A program made the translations under genes and the position numbers. From contig JBDNHZ010000078.1 in assembly GCA_041688515.1 (NCBI GenBank), forward strand, positions 1-43,630: a stretch of 43,630 bases of DNA. Direction: 5' to 3'. This document shows positions 10,941 to 19,501 of this stretch, one piece after another. The stretch's first letter is position 1. Every line of letters starts with the position of its first letter. Origin of the DNA: Verrucomicrobiota bacterium. Its GTDB lineage: Bacteria; Verrucomicrobiota; Verrucomicrobiia; Limisphaerales; UBA9464. Under the pieces are notes generated by a model, which worked only from the letters and a program-made list of their open reading frames with translations, made no database searches and was not told the origin of the DNA.

Positions 10941-11702
10941 ATGAATCAAGACCTGACCAAGCTCTTGCAAACCTGGCCCTACCAGGCCGGGCAGGTGATG
11001 GCGCGGCGGTTCAAGGGCCGCGACGGGAACCAGAAGATCCAGTTGCGCGTGGATCTGGGTATCCTCCAGATGAACGCCGAGGGACGTCCGGATGGGAAGC
11101 GCCCGATGGGGCACGAGTCGTGGTTCGATTTCTACCGTTCCCGCCTGGCGGAGCACCTGATTGAGAAGCGATCCCCGGAGAGCTTCACGCTGGGGATCGA
11201 GGAGTGCAGCAAACTCCAGCAGGAATGCATCCAGTTTCATCACCGTTACATCTGCTTCTTTCAGTTGGAGGACTTCGATCTGGTCGAGCGCGATTGCGAA
11301 CGCAACCTGGCGGTGTTTGAGTTCGTCGCCGAACACGCCGCCACCGAGGACCTGGCTTGGTCCCTCCTCCAATTCGTGCCGCAATTGCTCCTGATGCAGA
11401 CCCGTGCCCACGGCATGGCGTCGCTGCGGGATGGTGATTTCGAGGCGGCCGTGAGCCAGATCCAGGAAGGGGTTTCCGAGTTGGAACGGTTCTACACCGA
11501 GAACGAGCGTCTCGACCTGATGGAGGCGAGCCCGGAGTTGGGTTCGTTGCGGGAGTGGCTGGGGCAGGTGAAAAACCGCCGGCCGCTGACCGAGGTGGAA
11601 CGTCTGGAACGCGATCTGGCCGAGGCGATCCGTCTGGAAGATTACGAGAAGGCGGCCCTGGTCCGGGATCAGATCCGCAAGCAGCAGGCGTCCGATTCCT
11701 GA
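10941..11702 (+). CDS. Conserved protein with C-terminal UvrB/UvrC (UVR) motif
   Basis: C-terminal LERDLAEAIRLEDYEKAALVRDQI; N-terminal IQLRVDLGILQM..EGRPDG. Start set at ATG 10941. Confidence 0.75.
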   Translation: MNQDLTKLLQTWPYQAGQVMARRFKGRDGNQKIQLRVDLGILQMNAEGRPDGKRPMGHESWFDFYRSRLAEHLIEKRSPESFTLGIEECSKLQQECIQFHHRYICFFQLEDFDLVERDCERNLAVFEFVAEHAATEDLAWSLLQFVPQLLLMQTRAHGMASLRDGDFEAAVSQIQEGVSELERFYTENERLDLMEASPELGSLREWLGQVKNRRPLTEVERLERDLAEAIRLEDYEKAALVRDQIRKQQASDS

Positions 11703-11778
11703 TGGGTCCCCGCACACTTTCCTTTCGCTGAGTCGTTCGAACTGCCCGACGGTTAAGTCGGGTCATCTCCCTATCCAA

Positions 11779-12225
11779 ATGAGTCTCCAGCCCCGCATTA
11801 CTGACGCCCTTAAACAGTCCATGATCGCCAAGGACGCTGATCGCACCGGCACCCTGCGCCTGGTCAAGTCGGCCCTCGGTTACTTCCAGATCGAGAAGAA
11901 GTCCGACTCCCTGACGGACGCTGATGTGATGATCGTCTTGCTGCGCGAAGCGAAGAAGCGCAAGTACGCCATCGACGAGTACGAGAAGGCTGGGCGGCCG
12001 GAGTTGGCGGCGAAGGAAGCCTCCGAGCTGAAGGTGATCGCCGAGTTTCTTCCCCAGCCGTTGAGCGCGGAAGAAGTCGAAGCCTTGGTGCGCGCGGCCA
12101 TTGTTGAGGTGGGTGCCACGTCCAAGAAGGACATGGGTCTGGTGATGAAGGCGGCCCAGGCCAAGGCGGCGGGACGGGCCGATGGCAAGGCGCTCAGCGC
12201 GTTGGTCACCAAACTTCTGCCCTAG
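11779..12225 (+). CDS. yqeY: GatB/YqeY domain protein
   Basis: LKQSMIAKD..R..TLRLVKS, KKRKYAIDEYEKAGR.ELA.KE..E..VI.EFLP, KKDMG.VM, GRADGK. Confidence 0.92.
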   Translation: MSLQPRITDALKQSMIAKDADRTGTLRLVKSALGYFQIEKKSDSLTDADVMIVLLREAKKRKYAIDEYEKAGRPELAAKEASELKVIAEFLPQPLSAEEVEALVRAAIVEVGATSKKDMGLVMKAAQAKAAGRADGKALSALVTKLLP

Positions 12226-12851
12226 CCCCCGCCGCTCAGCGTCTCCAGAGCCCGGAGCGCGGCCGCGTGGCGGTTTTCGACCCCCAGCTTCTGATACACG
12301 TGGGCGGCGTGTTTCTTGGCGGTGGCGCAACTGATACCGAGCACCAATCCGATGTCGGCATCGGATTTGCCCTGCGACATCCAGAGCAGGACTTCCGCTT
12401 CCCGCACACTGAGCCCCAGTTTTTCGAGCGGTACCGCGCTGGTGAAGTCGGGTTTGAATCCGCCTCCGGACTGGTGCCGGAGATCTTCCCGGGCGAGGCG
12501 GATGCGGACGGCATCCAGCAATTCCTGGCGATCGACCGGCTTGACCAGATAGTCATCGGCTCCGGCGGACATGCCTGCGCGGACGTCATGGCGTTCACCC
12601 CACGCGGTCAGAAAGATGAGAGGGACCAGTTGGGTCCGGCTATCCGCGCGTAGTCTGCGGAGGACCCCGTGTCCGTCGAGTTCGGGCATCTGGATGTCGC
12701 ACAGGATGAGGTCCGGCGGAGTGGCCAGGGCCGACGCCACGCCGATGCGGCCATTTTCGGCGGCGCTGACCCGGAACCCCTCCATTTCCAGAACCGTCTC
12801 GAGGCTGCGCCGCATCGGGGCATGGTCCTCGATGATCAGAATGTGTTTCAT
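12222..12851 (-). CDS. Response regulator, receiver domain + LuxR HTH
   Basis: ILIIEDH, PDLILCDIQMP, FLTA, DDYLVKP; LSVREAEVL..GKSDADIG..L.IS.AT.KKH...VYQKLGV. ATG overlaps the kinase stop. Confidence 0.92.
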   Translation of the reverse strand: MKHILIIEDHAPMRRSLETVLEMEGFRVSAAENGRIGVASALATPPDLILCDIQMPELDGHGVLRRLRADSRTQLVPLIFLTAWGERHDVRAGMSAGADDYLVKPVDRQELLDAVRIRLAREDLRHQSGGGFKPDFTSAVPLEKLGLSVREAEVLLWMSQGKSDADIGLVLGISCATAKKHAAHVYQKLGVENRHAAALRALETLSGGG

Positions 12852-15121
12852 GGTCCTTGGGTGGGAGCGTCCGGGTCTGCGAAAACGGGGAGTTGGGCGA
12901 TCACGGTCGTTCCACGTCCGGAATGGCTGTGCAGCGTGACCTTGCCGCCATGGACTTCGACGCAGCGTTTGACGATCACGAGGCCGAGGCCGGTTCCAGG
13001 CATTTCCCCGACGTTGCGGCCGCGGTAGAATAGCTCGAACAGACGGGGTTGGTCTTCGGGTGGGATCCCGATTCCATGATCGCGGACGGTGATGATCACG
13101 TCGCGACCGATGCAGGCGAGGGAGAAGGTGACGACCCCTCCGGGTGGCGAGTACTTGACTGCGTTGGAGAGGAGATTGCCGACGACATGGCGGAGGATGT
13201 TTTCGTCGGAACGGGCGGGCGGCAGTGGGTCCTGGCTGGTGAGATCGATGCGGCAACGATTGGCGGTGGCCTGGGACGTCTCCTCCGCCAGACGACGGCA
13301 AAAGGCAGCGAGATCAATGGGCCGGGGGTGGAAGGCGAGGCGGCCGGCTTCGATGCGTCCGAGGAGGAGGACTTCATCAATCAGGCCGGCCATATGCCGG
13401 GCGGCGTGGGCAATGTCGCCGAGATGTTCGGTCCGGCGAGGCGTGTCGAGACGGTCGAAGTACGATTCGAGGACCTGGGCCGAAGAAAGGATGACGCCGA
13501 TGGGGGTTCGAAACTCGTGCGAGACCAGATTGGCAAAGTTGGTCTTGAGCCGGACGAGTTCCTTCTGTTGTTCCAGCGCCCTTTGCAGGTCCTGTTCGGA
13601 GCGTTTGCGTTCGATGGCGAGGGCGGTCTGGTCGGCAACGAACGAAAGGATCTGCTGGTCCTCCGGGCCAAAGGCGTCCGGATCCCGGTGATCCTGCACC
13701 GCCATAACCCCGATGGGCGTGTCCCGGACCACCAGTGGGACGCCGAGCCAGATCAGGGCGGGAGCGCCGGACTGGAGATACTCGCCGGTGTTCTTGAGAC
13801 GGGTGATCTCCTCCAGGTTGGCCAAGCAGGCACGCCCGCTTCGCAGGACGTATTCCGTGATCCCGCGGTGGCCCCGACGCGGGGGTGGAGGCGGGTCCAG
13901 TTCGTCGATGTGGTAAGGGAAAAGGAGATCGCCGGTATCGCGGTCGAGCAGCGCGATATAGAAATTCCGGGCCGGCATCAGGGTGCAGATGATCTCGTGG
14001 ATGCGGCGGTAGAGCGCGGGGAGATCCCGCGTCTGGTGCATGGCTTCGGAGATCTGATAGAGGGCCTGCTGGATGCCCTGGGCGCGGGCCCGCTCGAAGA
14101 CCTCCTGCTGAAGGCGGGCGTTGGCGGCCTGAAGCTCGGAGGTCCGCTCCCGCACCCGCTTCTCCAGATCGCTGTTGAGCGTCTTGAGTTCCTTCTGGGC
14201 CCGGATGCGAACCAGCTTGTTCGCCAGGAGCGCGGCCAATGCGCTGAGAATCTCGAGGTGATGCCCATCGAAAAAGCCCACCTCCGGGTGCTCCAGGTCG
14301 ATGACTCCGATGGCGCGGTCACCGAGCAGGATGGGAACGGCCAGTTCAGAGCGGCGCTCGGCATCGTCCACGATGTAGCGGGAGTCCATTCGGGTGTCCT
14401 GGACGATCTGCGCTCTTCCCGAGAGAGCGACGGACCCCACGATCCCCCGGCCCAGCGGAATCTCGAGTGGATTGAGCCGCAGCCTGCCAGCGGGAGCCTT
14501 GGGACCCCAGGCCGCCTGCTGCACCAGCATTCCCCGCTCTTCCTCGAGGAGGTAGATGACGCAATCGGGCAGCCCCAGACGGCCCACGCAATTCCGGGCA
14601 AGATCCCAAAGGACATCCTCCTTGGATTCCAGTTCCACCAGCGAGCTGGCGAGGGAACTGATGATCCGTGCCGCCTGTTCGGAACGCCGCGTCCGGGTCT
14701 CCGCCTCCCGACGGTCGGTGACGTCGTGCAGGTGCAGCACCCGATGATCGCCGCCGGAGCGTGAGGTCAGTTTGGTGACGGTGCCTTCGAGTTCGCGGAC
14801 CCGCCGTTTGGCATCGGTGAACCGGAGTACGGGCAGGGGGAGCGGTTCGCTGTTGACCGCGGCCGTGCGGGCGAGCGAGAGCCGCAAAGCCTCGGATTCA
14901 GATGGATCCAGCCAGGCGAGCAGGGAGCCGGGAAGGTCTTCGCCTGTCTCCCACCCGATCCACCGCTGGAAGACGGCGTTCATGTAGCGGATGGAACCGT
15001 CGTCCGACAGGATCACAATCCCGTGGCCAGCCTGCTCGACGAGAGCGCGGAAGTGCGGGACTTTCCCAGCAACCGAGCCTGCCTCCCGCAGTTGGATGGA
15101 TGTGTCGGTTGTGGTCTCCAT
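12848..15121 (-). CDS. Cytoplasmic PAS-GAF-GAF sensor histidine kinase
   Basis: H-box SHEFRTP, N-box NLLSNAVKYS, DHGIGI, GTGLGL. GAF-like segments (GRGIVG.VA...RSELAVPI; WLGVPL). No transmembrane segment seen. The start may be 15157. Confidence 0.9.
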   Translation of the reverse strand: METTTDTSIQLREAGSVAGKVPHFRALVEQAGHGIVILSDDGSIRYMNAVFQRWIGWETGEDLPGSLLAWLDPSESEALRLSLARTAAVNSEPLPLPVLRFTDAKRRVRELEGTVTKLTSRSGGDHRVLHLHDVTDRREAETRTRRSEQAARIISSLASSLVELESKEDVLWDLARNCVGRLGLPDCVIYLLEEERGMLVQQAAWGPKAPAGRLRLNPLEIPLGRGIVGSVALSGRAQIVQDTRMDSRYIVDDAERRSELAVPILLGDRAIGVIDLEHPEVGFFDGHHLEILSALAALLANKLVRIRAQKELKTLNSDLEKRVRERTSELQAANARLQQEVFERARAQGIQQALYQISEAMHQTRDLPALYRRIHEIICTLMPARNFYIALLDRDTGDLLFPYHIDELDPPPPPRRGHRGITEYVLRSGRACLANLEEITRLKNTGEYLQSGAPALIWLGVPLVVRDTPIGVMAVQDHRDPDAFGPEDQQILSFVADQTALAIERKRSEQDLQRALEQQKELVRLKTNFANLVSHEFRTPIGVILSSAQVLESYFDRLDTPRRTEHLGDIAHAARHMAGLIDEVLLLGRIEAGRLAFHPRPIDLAAFCRRLAEETSQATANRCRIDLTSQDPLPPARSDENILRHVVGNLLSNAVKYSPPGGVVTFSLACIGRDVIITVRDHGIGIPPEDQPRLFELFYRGRNVGEMPGTGLGLVIVKRCVEVHGGKVTLHSHSGRGTTVIAQLPVFADPDAPTQGP

Positions 15122-15213
15122 TGCCCCTCCCTTCCGTGTGCCCCGCCGAAGCGGCAACGCTCCGGGGATCCGCAGGTGGGAGCAATACTCCAGCGGAGGT
15201 ATCTCCGGGAGGA

Positions 15214-16011
15214 TCAGTCCAGGGCGGGGGTTGACAGAAACTGGGTGAGCGGACTGGTAGGCGAAGCAGTCATCTGCCCTGCGGATAGCCCTGTTTCATA
15301 AGCGATCCGTCCGGCCTCGACCGCCATCCGGAAGGCCGTGGCCATGCGGTTGGGGTCGGAGGCTACGGCAATCGCGGTGTTGACCAGGACCGCGTCCGCC
15401 CCGAGTTCGAGGGCCTCAGCGGCGTGGCTGGGGGCACCGATTCCCGCATCGATCACGACCGGTACGATGGCCTGCTCGATGATGATCCGGAGTTGATCGC
15501 GGGTCTGGAGACCGCGATGGGATCCGATGGGGGATCCGAGGGGCATGACGGTGGCCGTGCCGACCTCCTGCAATCGTTTGGCGAGGACGGGATCGGCGTT
15601 GATATAGGGGAGCACCACGAAGCCCTCTTTCACGAGTCGTTCCGCGGCGAGGAGGGTCTCGATCGGATCGGGAAGCAGATAGCGGGGGTCGGGATGAATC
15701 TCGAGCTTGATCCATTTGGGCAGCCCTGCAGCGGCGGCAAGCCGGGCGAGGCGGATGGCCTCATCGGCGTTCATCGCTCCGCTGGTATTCGGCAGGAGCA
15801 GGTAGCGGGCGGGGTCAATGAAATCGAGGATGTTGGCGAAGGGATCACGCTGTCCGGTAAGATCTGCCCGACGCAGGGCGACGGTCACCAGTTCGGTGCC
15901 GCTGGCGGCGAGGGCATCCCGCATCGACTCGGGAGAGGGAAACTTGCCGGTTCCCAGGAACAGGCGGGAGTTGAAGGTTCGACCGGCAATGACGAGCGGC
16001 TTCGGCAACAT
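15214..16011 (-). CDS. thiG: Thiazole synthase
   Basis: [63 protein letters not shown]. Confidence 0.96.
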   Translation of the reverse strand: MLPKPLVIAGRTFNSRLFLGTGKFPSPESMRDALAASGTELVTVALRRADLTGQRDPFANILDFIDPARYLLLPNTSGAMNADEAIRLARLAAAAGLPKWIKLEIHPDPRYLLPDPIETLLAAERLVKEGFVVLPYINADPVLAKRLQEVGTATVMPLGSPIGSHRGLQTRDQLRIIIEQAIVPVVIDAGIGAPSHAAEALELGADAVLVNTAIAVASDPNRMATAFRMAVEAGRIAYETGLSAGQMTASPTSPLTQFLSTPALD

Positions 16012-16275
16012 GCGGGTGGCGACGATGGACGTGGGTTTGGGGGTTGTCGAGGGGGCGGAATGCGGAGCCGCGAGGGGGTGGATTTCAATTTGATTAAGAT
16101 TCTTGTTGTCTAAAAGGGGGTGCACAGATCACTCTTACCGTCGTCAGTTAGATTGTCGGTCGCTTCCAAGGCCTGGTGGATCTTCAGTTGAACAGTGGTT
16201 CAGTGATGATTTGAAACCCGACGAGCGGGAACAGTTTGGAGTAAGCAGACTCGGTCTAGGGACAAATCACACAGA

Positions 16276-16701
16276 ATGAGTACTAAACTGTTCGTTGGGA
16301 ACCTGTCGTTCAATACGACGGAGAACAGCCTCCAGGACGCGTTTGCCGCCCACGGCACGGTCATGGAAGCGGTTCTTATGTTCGACCGCGCGACCGGTCG
16401 CTCCCGCGGATTCGGCTTCGTCACGATGTCGACTCCGGAGGAGGCCCAGCGCGCAATCGACGCCATGAATGGCGCCGATCTTGATGGCCGCAACCTGACC
16501 GTTAACATCGCTCGGCCTCGTGAAGAGGGCGGCGGCGGCGGCGGCGGCGGCGGCTTCGGTGGACCTCGCCGTGATCGCGGCGGGTTCGGCGGCGGCAGCG
16601 GTGGTGGCAGCCGCGGTGGTGGTGGCGGTGGCGGCAGCCGTGGCGGTGGCGGCGGCGGCTACGGTGGTGGTGGCGGTGGTGGCGGCCGTGGCCGTTACTA
16701 A
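16276..16701 (+). CDS. RRM (RNP-1) RNA-binding protein with glycine-rich tail
   Basis: RNP2 KLFVGNL, RNP1 RGFGFVTM. The Gly/Arg-rich C-terminus is encoded by GGC/GGT runs. Confidence 0.95.
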   Translation: MSTKLFVGNLSFNTTENSLQDAFAAHGTVMEAVLMFDRATGRSRGFGFVTMSTPEEAQRAIDAMNGADLDGRNLTVNIARPREEGGGGGGGGGFGGPRRDRGGFGGGSGGGSRGGGGGGGSRGGGGGGYGGGGGGGGRGRY

Positions 16702-16716
16702 GCGCTGACTTTACAC

Positions 16717-16752
16717 GGGGGCGGGCTTGACGGCCCGCCTCCTTTTTGTTTT
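16717..16752 (+). terminator. Rho-independent terminator
   Basis: GGGGGCGGGC-TTGACG-GCCCGCCTCC followed by TTTTTGTTTT, just after the RRM gene stop. Confidence 0.85.
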
Positions 16753-16833
16753 CTGGGGGCTCCTTTTACCCGGCCGGATAAGGGCGCCTCCGTTTTTACC
16801 GCTGTTACTTTCCCGGCCATTATTGATTGTCAG

Positions 16834-17052
16834 ATGAAGGAACAGGAACACGTCGAGATTGAAGGTCGGATTGTCACCGTCCTGGCAGGCACCATGTTTC
16901 GGGTGGAACTGGACAACAAGCATCTGGTGCTGGCCACGATTTCCGGAAAGATGCGCAAGCGATTCGTGCGATTGACGGCCGGGGATCGGGTGAAGATGGA
17001 GATGTCCCCGTACGACCTGGGCAAGGCCCGGATCGTCTGGCGGATTGGTTGA
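16834..17052 (+). CDS. infA: Translation initiation factor IF-1
   Basis: 72 aa; IEG.IV.VL.GTMFRVELDN.H.VLA.ISGKMRK..VR...GDRV..EMSPYDL.KARI. Confidence 0.97.
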   Translation: MKEQEHVEIEGRIVTVLAGTMFRVELDNKHLVLATISGKMRKRFVRLTAGDRVKMEMSPYDLGKARIVWRIG

Positions 17053-17174
17053 GCTTTCGTAGGTGCTAGTCGCGATCGGTCCGGCTTCTGACGTTGACCG
17101 CTGCTGAAAAGAGCAGGTCCTGACTGTCTCTGCGTGCCTTCGTTGGGTTCCCGTGCGAATCTTCCGCAAACCAT

Positions 17175-18290
17175 ATGGCCGATCCGAGATACGCAAAGCT
17201 GGCGAAGTTGCTCGTAGAGTATTCCTGTTCGATTCAGAAGGGCGAGGTACTGCTGTTCGACATGATTGATGTCCCGGACGAGATGTCCGTGGCCTTGATC
17301 CGGGCCACCCGGGCGGCAGGCGGGGTTCCGTTGGTGGAGATCCGGCACACGCGGGTCAGTCGAGAGATCCAGCGGGCAACGGACGAGGTCCACGCCAAGC
17401 TGGTCCGTGACCTGGAGATGCAGCGGATGAAGCGGGTTCACGCCTATGTGGCGATCCGCGGCGCGCTCAATGCGAGCGAGACGAGCGATGTCCCCGCGGC
17501 GGCCCAGAAGCTTTACGCCAAGACCCTGAGACCGGTTCTGGATCATCGGATCAACAAGACCAAATGGTGTGTGCTCCGATGGCCGACGCCGAGCATGGCC
17601 CAGTCGGCGAACATGAGCACGGAGGCGTTCGAAGACTTCTACTTCGACGTTTGTACAATGGACTACCAGCGCATGGCGAAGGCCGTGCTTCCGCTGAAGA
17701 AGCGGATGGAAGAAGCCGACCGTGTCCACATTCTGGGACCCGGCACTGATCTGACCTTCAGCATTCGTGGGGTGGGGGCCAAGCCGTGTGAGGGTCTAAG
17801 GAACATCCCGGACGGCGAGTGTTTCTCCTGTCCGACGCTGAAGTCCTCGAACGGCGTGATCCGCTTCAATACCCCCACGCTGTATGCCGGGACCAAATTT
17901 GAAGGGATCCAGTTGGAGATGAAGGATGGGAAGATCGCGAAGGCGACCTGCTCCGGCGGAGGGGAGAAGCGCCTGAATGAGATCCTCGAAACGGATCCCG
18001 GGGCGCGTTTCATTGGCGAGTTCAGTCTCGGCTTCAATCCCTACATCCTGAATCCGATGTGCGACATCCTTTTTGACGAGAAGATTGCGGGATCACTGCA
18101 CTACACGCCGGGTCAGGCCTACGACAATCCGGGCAATGGCAACAAATCTGCCGTTCACTGGGACATGGTGCTGATCCAGCGGTCCGAGTGGGGCGGGGGC
18201 GAGGTCTGGTTCGATGATACCCTGATCCGCAAGGACGGACTGTTTGTGCCCAAGGACCTCAAGGCGCTGAACCCCGATCGACTGCGCTGA
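17175..18290 (+). CDS. Aminopeptidase, M29 (AmpS/AmpT) family
   Basis: NIPDGECF, IGEFSLG.N, ILFDEKIAGS.H...G.AY, NKSAVHWDMV. Confidence 0.93.
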   Translation: MADPRYAKLAKLLVEYSCSIQKGEVLLFDMIDVPDEMSVALIRATRAAGGVPLVEIRHTRVSREIQRATDEVHAKLVRDLEMQRMKRVHAYVAIRGALNASETSDVPAAAQKLYAKTLRPVLDHRINKTKWCVLRWPTPSMAQSANMSTEAFEDFYFDVCTMDYQRMAKAVLPLKKRMEEADRVHILGPGTDLTFSIRGVGAKPCEGLRNIPDGECFSCPTLKSSNGVIRFNTPTLYAGTKFEGIQLEMKDGKIAKATCSGGGEKRLNEILETDPGARFIGEFSLGFNPYILNPMCDILFDEKIAGSLHYTPGQAYDNPGNGNKSAVHWDMVLIQRSEWGGGEVWFDDTLIRKDGLFVPKDLKALNPDRLR

Positions 18291-18312
18291 AGCGGTTTCA
18301 TCCTGCCAGACG

Positions 18313-18347
18313 AAAGGCCCGGGCACCCCGAGGGTGGCCGGGCCTTT
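18313..18347. terminator. Probable bidirectional terminator between the convergent aminopeptidase and asd genes
   Basis: AAAGGCCCGGGCACCC-CGA-GGGTGGCCGGGCCTTT hairpin. Confidence 0.7.
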
Positions 18348-18364
18348 GTCATGGGAGAGGGAAC

Positions 18365-19372
18365 TCAGAGTTTGAGGAGTTCCTCGGCGATCTGCACGGC
18401 GTTCAGCGCGGCTCCCTTCAGCAATTGATCGCCCGAAACCCAGAAGCAAAGGGCGTTGTCCAAGGCGCAGTCGATGCGGATCCGGCCCACTTCACAGTGA
18501 TCCTTCTCCGAAGTGAACAGCGGCATCGGATACTTCCGGTTGGCTGGATCATCGACGATATCGAGGCCGGGGGCCTGGGCGAGGACGGCCATGGCCGCTG
18601 CCACCGAGACTGGCTTTTCGAACTCGGCGCTGACGGCGATCGAGTGGGAACGGTAGACGGGAACCCGCACACAGGTGACCGACGCCTTGAACCCGGGGAG
18701 GTGCATGATCTTGCGACCCTCGAACTGCATCTTCATCTCTTCCTTGGTGTAGCCGTCGGGAAGGAACGAATCGACCTGGGGCAGGACGTTGAAAGCGATC
18801 TGGTAAGGATAGACCTCCCGGGTGATCGTCTGTCCGGCGACGGTTTGCTTCACCTGGTTCTCCAGTTCCTCGATGGCCTTGGCACCGGTGCCGGAAACGG
18901 CCTGGTAACTGGAGGCGATGATGCGCTTCACACCGAAGGCCTGATGGAGCGGGTAGAGGGCCATCAGGGTGATGGCCGTGGTGCAGTTCGGGTTGGCGAT
19001 GATTCCCCGGTGCAGTCGCACGTCGGAGGCGTTGATCTCGGGTACGACCAGGGGAACCTGGTCGTCCTGACGGAAGGCCGAAGAATTGTCGACGACCACG
19101 CAACCGGCTGCTGCGGCAATGGGAGCGAACTCGCGGGAGATGGCTCCACCGGCGCTGAACAGGGCGATGTCGATGCCCTTGAAGCTGTCCTTGGTCAGTT
19201 CCGTCACGGTGACCTCCCTGCCAGCGAAGGTGAGTTTCTTCCCCACCGAACGGGCGGAGGCAAGCAGGGTGAGTTGGCCAACAGGGAAGCGGCGTCGTTC
19301 GAGAACCTTGAGCATCTCGATCCCAACGGCGCCAGTTGCCCCGACCACGGCGACGTGCGGAGTCTTGTTCAT
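18365..19372 (-). CDS. asd: Aspartate-semialdehyde dehydrogenase
   Basis: VVGATGAVG, VDNSSAFR, IANPNCTT, YQAVSG.G, TCVRVPV, DQLLKGAALNAVQIAE. Confidence 0.98.
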   Translation of the reverse strand: MNKTPHVAVVGATGAVGIEMLKVLERRRFPVGQLTLLASARSVGKKLTFAGREVTVTELTKDSFKGIDIALFSAGGAISREFAPIAAAAGCVVVDNSSAFRQDDQVPLVVPEINASDVRLHRGIIANPNCTTAITLMALYPLHQAFGVKRIIASSYQAVSGTGAKAIEELENQVKQTVAGQTITREVYPYQIAFNVLPQVDSFLPDGYTKEEMKMQFEGRKIMHLPGFKASVTCVRVPVYRSHSIAVSAEFEKPVSVAAAMAVLAQAPGLDIVDDPANRKYPMPLFTSEKDHCEVGRIRIDCALDNALCFWVSGDQLLKGAALNAVQIAEELLKL

Positions 19373-19501
19373 TTGAAGCGGGGGAGGTTAAGGCGGAGCC
19401 CGGGAGTGTCGATGGAAATCACGGGAATGGCATCCTGGCTTCAGGCTGGATTTTCGGCTGGCGGGGAGGCGATGGAGGGGGAGACTGGAGATCGATTCCC
19501 C

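Noticed and set aside
16012-16200. TPP riboswitch upstream of thiG
   Set aside because: The CTGAGA and CCTGAT core motifs were not found on the minus strand.
16528-16692. GGC/GGT runs as a tandem repeat or CRISPR-like array
   Set aside because: They are fully explained by the glycine-rich tail of the RRM protein, with no repeat-spacer structure.
18425-19501. N-terminal extension making a 1113-aa ORF
   Set aside because: It is the antisense shadow of asd. A signal peptide begins at ATG 19502.
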